64,000 bases of DNA from Squalus acanthias. Lineage: Eukaryota. The notes beneath the pieces were generated by a model that was not told the DNA's origin, did no database searches, and saw only the letters and a list, made by a program, of their open reading frames with translations. Location of the stretch: assembly GCA_030390025.1 (NCBI GenBank), contig JASTWF010000036.1, positions 2,854,001 through 2,918,000 of the forward strand, read 5' to 3'. Positions 62,476-64,000 of the stretch are shown here, piece after piece (the first letter of the stretch is position 1; each line of letters begins with the position of its first letter). The translations under genes were made by a program, and so were the position numbers.

Positions 62476-63013
62476 TCTTCTTCTTCTTAGGCAGTCCCTC
62501 GGAACCGAGGATGACTTGCTTCCACACTAAAAATGAGTTCGCAGGTGACTGATGAGTCCAATGCGGGACCTACAGTCTCTGTCACAGGTGGGGCAGACGG
62601 TGGTTGAAGGGGCAGGTGGGTGGGGTGCTTGGGTTGACGTGCGCTCCTTCCGCTGTTTGCGCTTAGCTTCCGCTTGCTCCCGGCGAAGAGACTCGAGGTG
62701 TTCGGCACCTTCCCGGATGCTTCTCCTCCACTTTGTGCGGTCTTGGGCCAGGGATCCCCAGGTGTCGGTGGGGATGTTGCACTTTTTCAAGGAGGCTTTG
62801 AGGGTGTCCTTGAAGCGTTTCCTCTGCCCACCTGGGGCTCTCTTGCCGTGCCGGAGCTCCGAGTAGAGCGCTTGTTTTGGGAGTCTCGTATCAGGTATGC
62901 GGACAATGTGACCCATCCATCGGAGCTGATCGAGCGTGGTCAAAGCTTCGATGCTGGGGATGTTGGCCTGAGCAAGAACACTGACGTTGGTGTGCCTATC
63001 CTGCCAATGGATG
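62476..63013 (-). mobile_element. RTE-clade LINE 3' fragment
   Basis: ORF 62527..63045 ending CPTCDRDCRSRIGLISHLRTHF; (AAG)n tail. Confidence 0.9.
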
Positions 63014-63584
63014 GCACAGTAGAGAAAGAGGTTAATTTGGACCAATCCCTTCTTACCTCACTGAACATTGTCTTTTTCCAGTCCAGCACCCTTATCTGTG
63101 GAGATACCCAAGACTAGACAGGTCTTCCTCTTCCTTAAGGGGGAGGCGGGTGGGCATTAGGTACTAACAGGAAGCAGTGATTTAGGGAATTAAGTTAGTT
63201 GATCTCAGATGGGGTGGCACTATAAATTGCCCTCTGCAAAAATGTAATTAGCTAGAGTCCCACTCGTGATCACTATCTGGACTCCTAATGGAAAATGCAC
63301 ATATTTGGTCGTCAAGTGGCTCTCACAAGATATGGTTAGCTGAAAGTGCAATGGCACTCTAGGTCTGAATGCCATTTTATACTCAGTATACCTTGCGCAT
63401 ACCAGCCCATGTATAATTATTCTATCATGGACTTCCCTCCCATACCATCAGCTATTTGATCAATGAATTTAAGAGACACTAAGTTCTTTCTCCTATCTCC
63501 TATCTCCCCTGAAAAAAAAATCAAGCAATGCTGTTAATATCTCTCCAACTCTCAATCTCCCTTCTCTTATCTATCCAACTATAG

Positions 63585-64000
63585 CCAGAGCAGCTCCAGC
63601 AATGGCTTCCCTTCCTGCTCCCGCACCGTTACCTCTGAAGTCCGCCCAGGATCTATCCTTGGTCCCCCTCCTCCTCCTCCTCTATATGCTGCCCCTCGGT
63701 GACATCATCCGCAGACACGGGATCATCTTCCACATGTACGCTGACGACACCCAACTCTACCTCTCCACCACCTGCCTCAACCCTCCACTATGTCAGTGTT
63801 GTCAGACTGCTTGTTCGACATCCAGTCCTGAATAAGCCGTATTTTCCTCTAGTTAAACATTGTCTTCACCCGCGCCCCCACTCCTCCCATGTACTCTGTT
63901 CCCTAGCCACCAATTTCATCCCTCTCCCCGGCCACTGTCTCAGGCTGAACCAGACTGTTTGCAATTCTAGCATCCTATTGCACCCCGATCTGAGTTTCCG
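63585..64000 (+). mobile_element. L2 LINE RT-region fragment (runs off the window)
   Basis: [27 protein letters not shown]. Confidence 0.85.

Overview
Eukaryotic, repeat-dense vertebrate DNA, almost certainly from a cartilaginous fish (shark). The inference rests on HER1-type CR1 LINEs, HE1/V-SINEs, SacSINE1-type DeuSINEs and shark-type Penelope LTR fragments. No intact host gene is visible, so the window looks intronic or intergenic. It holds many CR1 LINEs (two long copies), L2, RTE and Vingi-like LINE fragments, three SINE families (V-SINE, DeuSINE, LF-SINE-like), and a decayed parathymosin/prothymosin-family retrocopy (~56030-56379). There is one weak candidate first coding exon (8333-8413, minus strand). 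Most notable: (i) a set of PIF/Harbinger-type non-autonomous elements with GG(G/C)C...AATTT TIRs and 3-bp TSDs; some keep a Myb/SANT exon but have lost the transposase core, and one (44558-45402) is tiled with hairpins; (ii) five tiny Penelope-derived insertions, four carrying minimal hammerhead ribozyme motifs and one forming a perfect 120-bp palindrome centred on the ribozyme dyad; (iii) several multi-level nested insertions resolved by TSDs. All family assignments come from recognition by eye, not database searches, and coordinates of old repeats are approximate.
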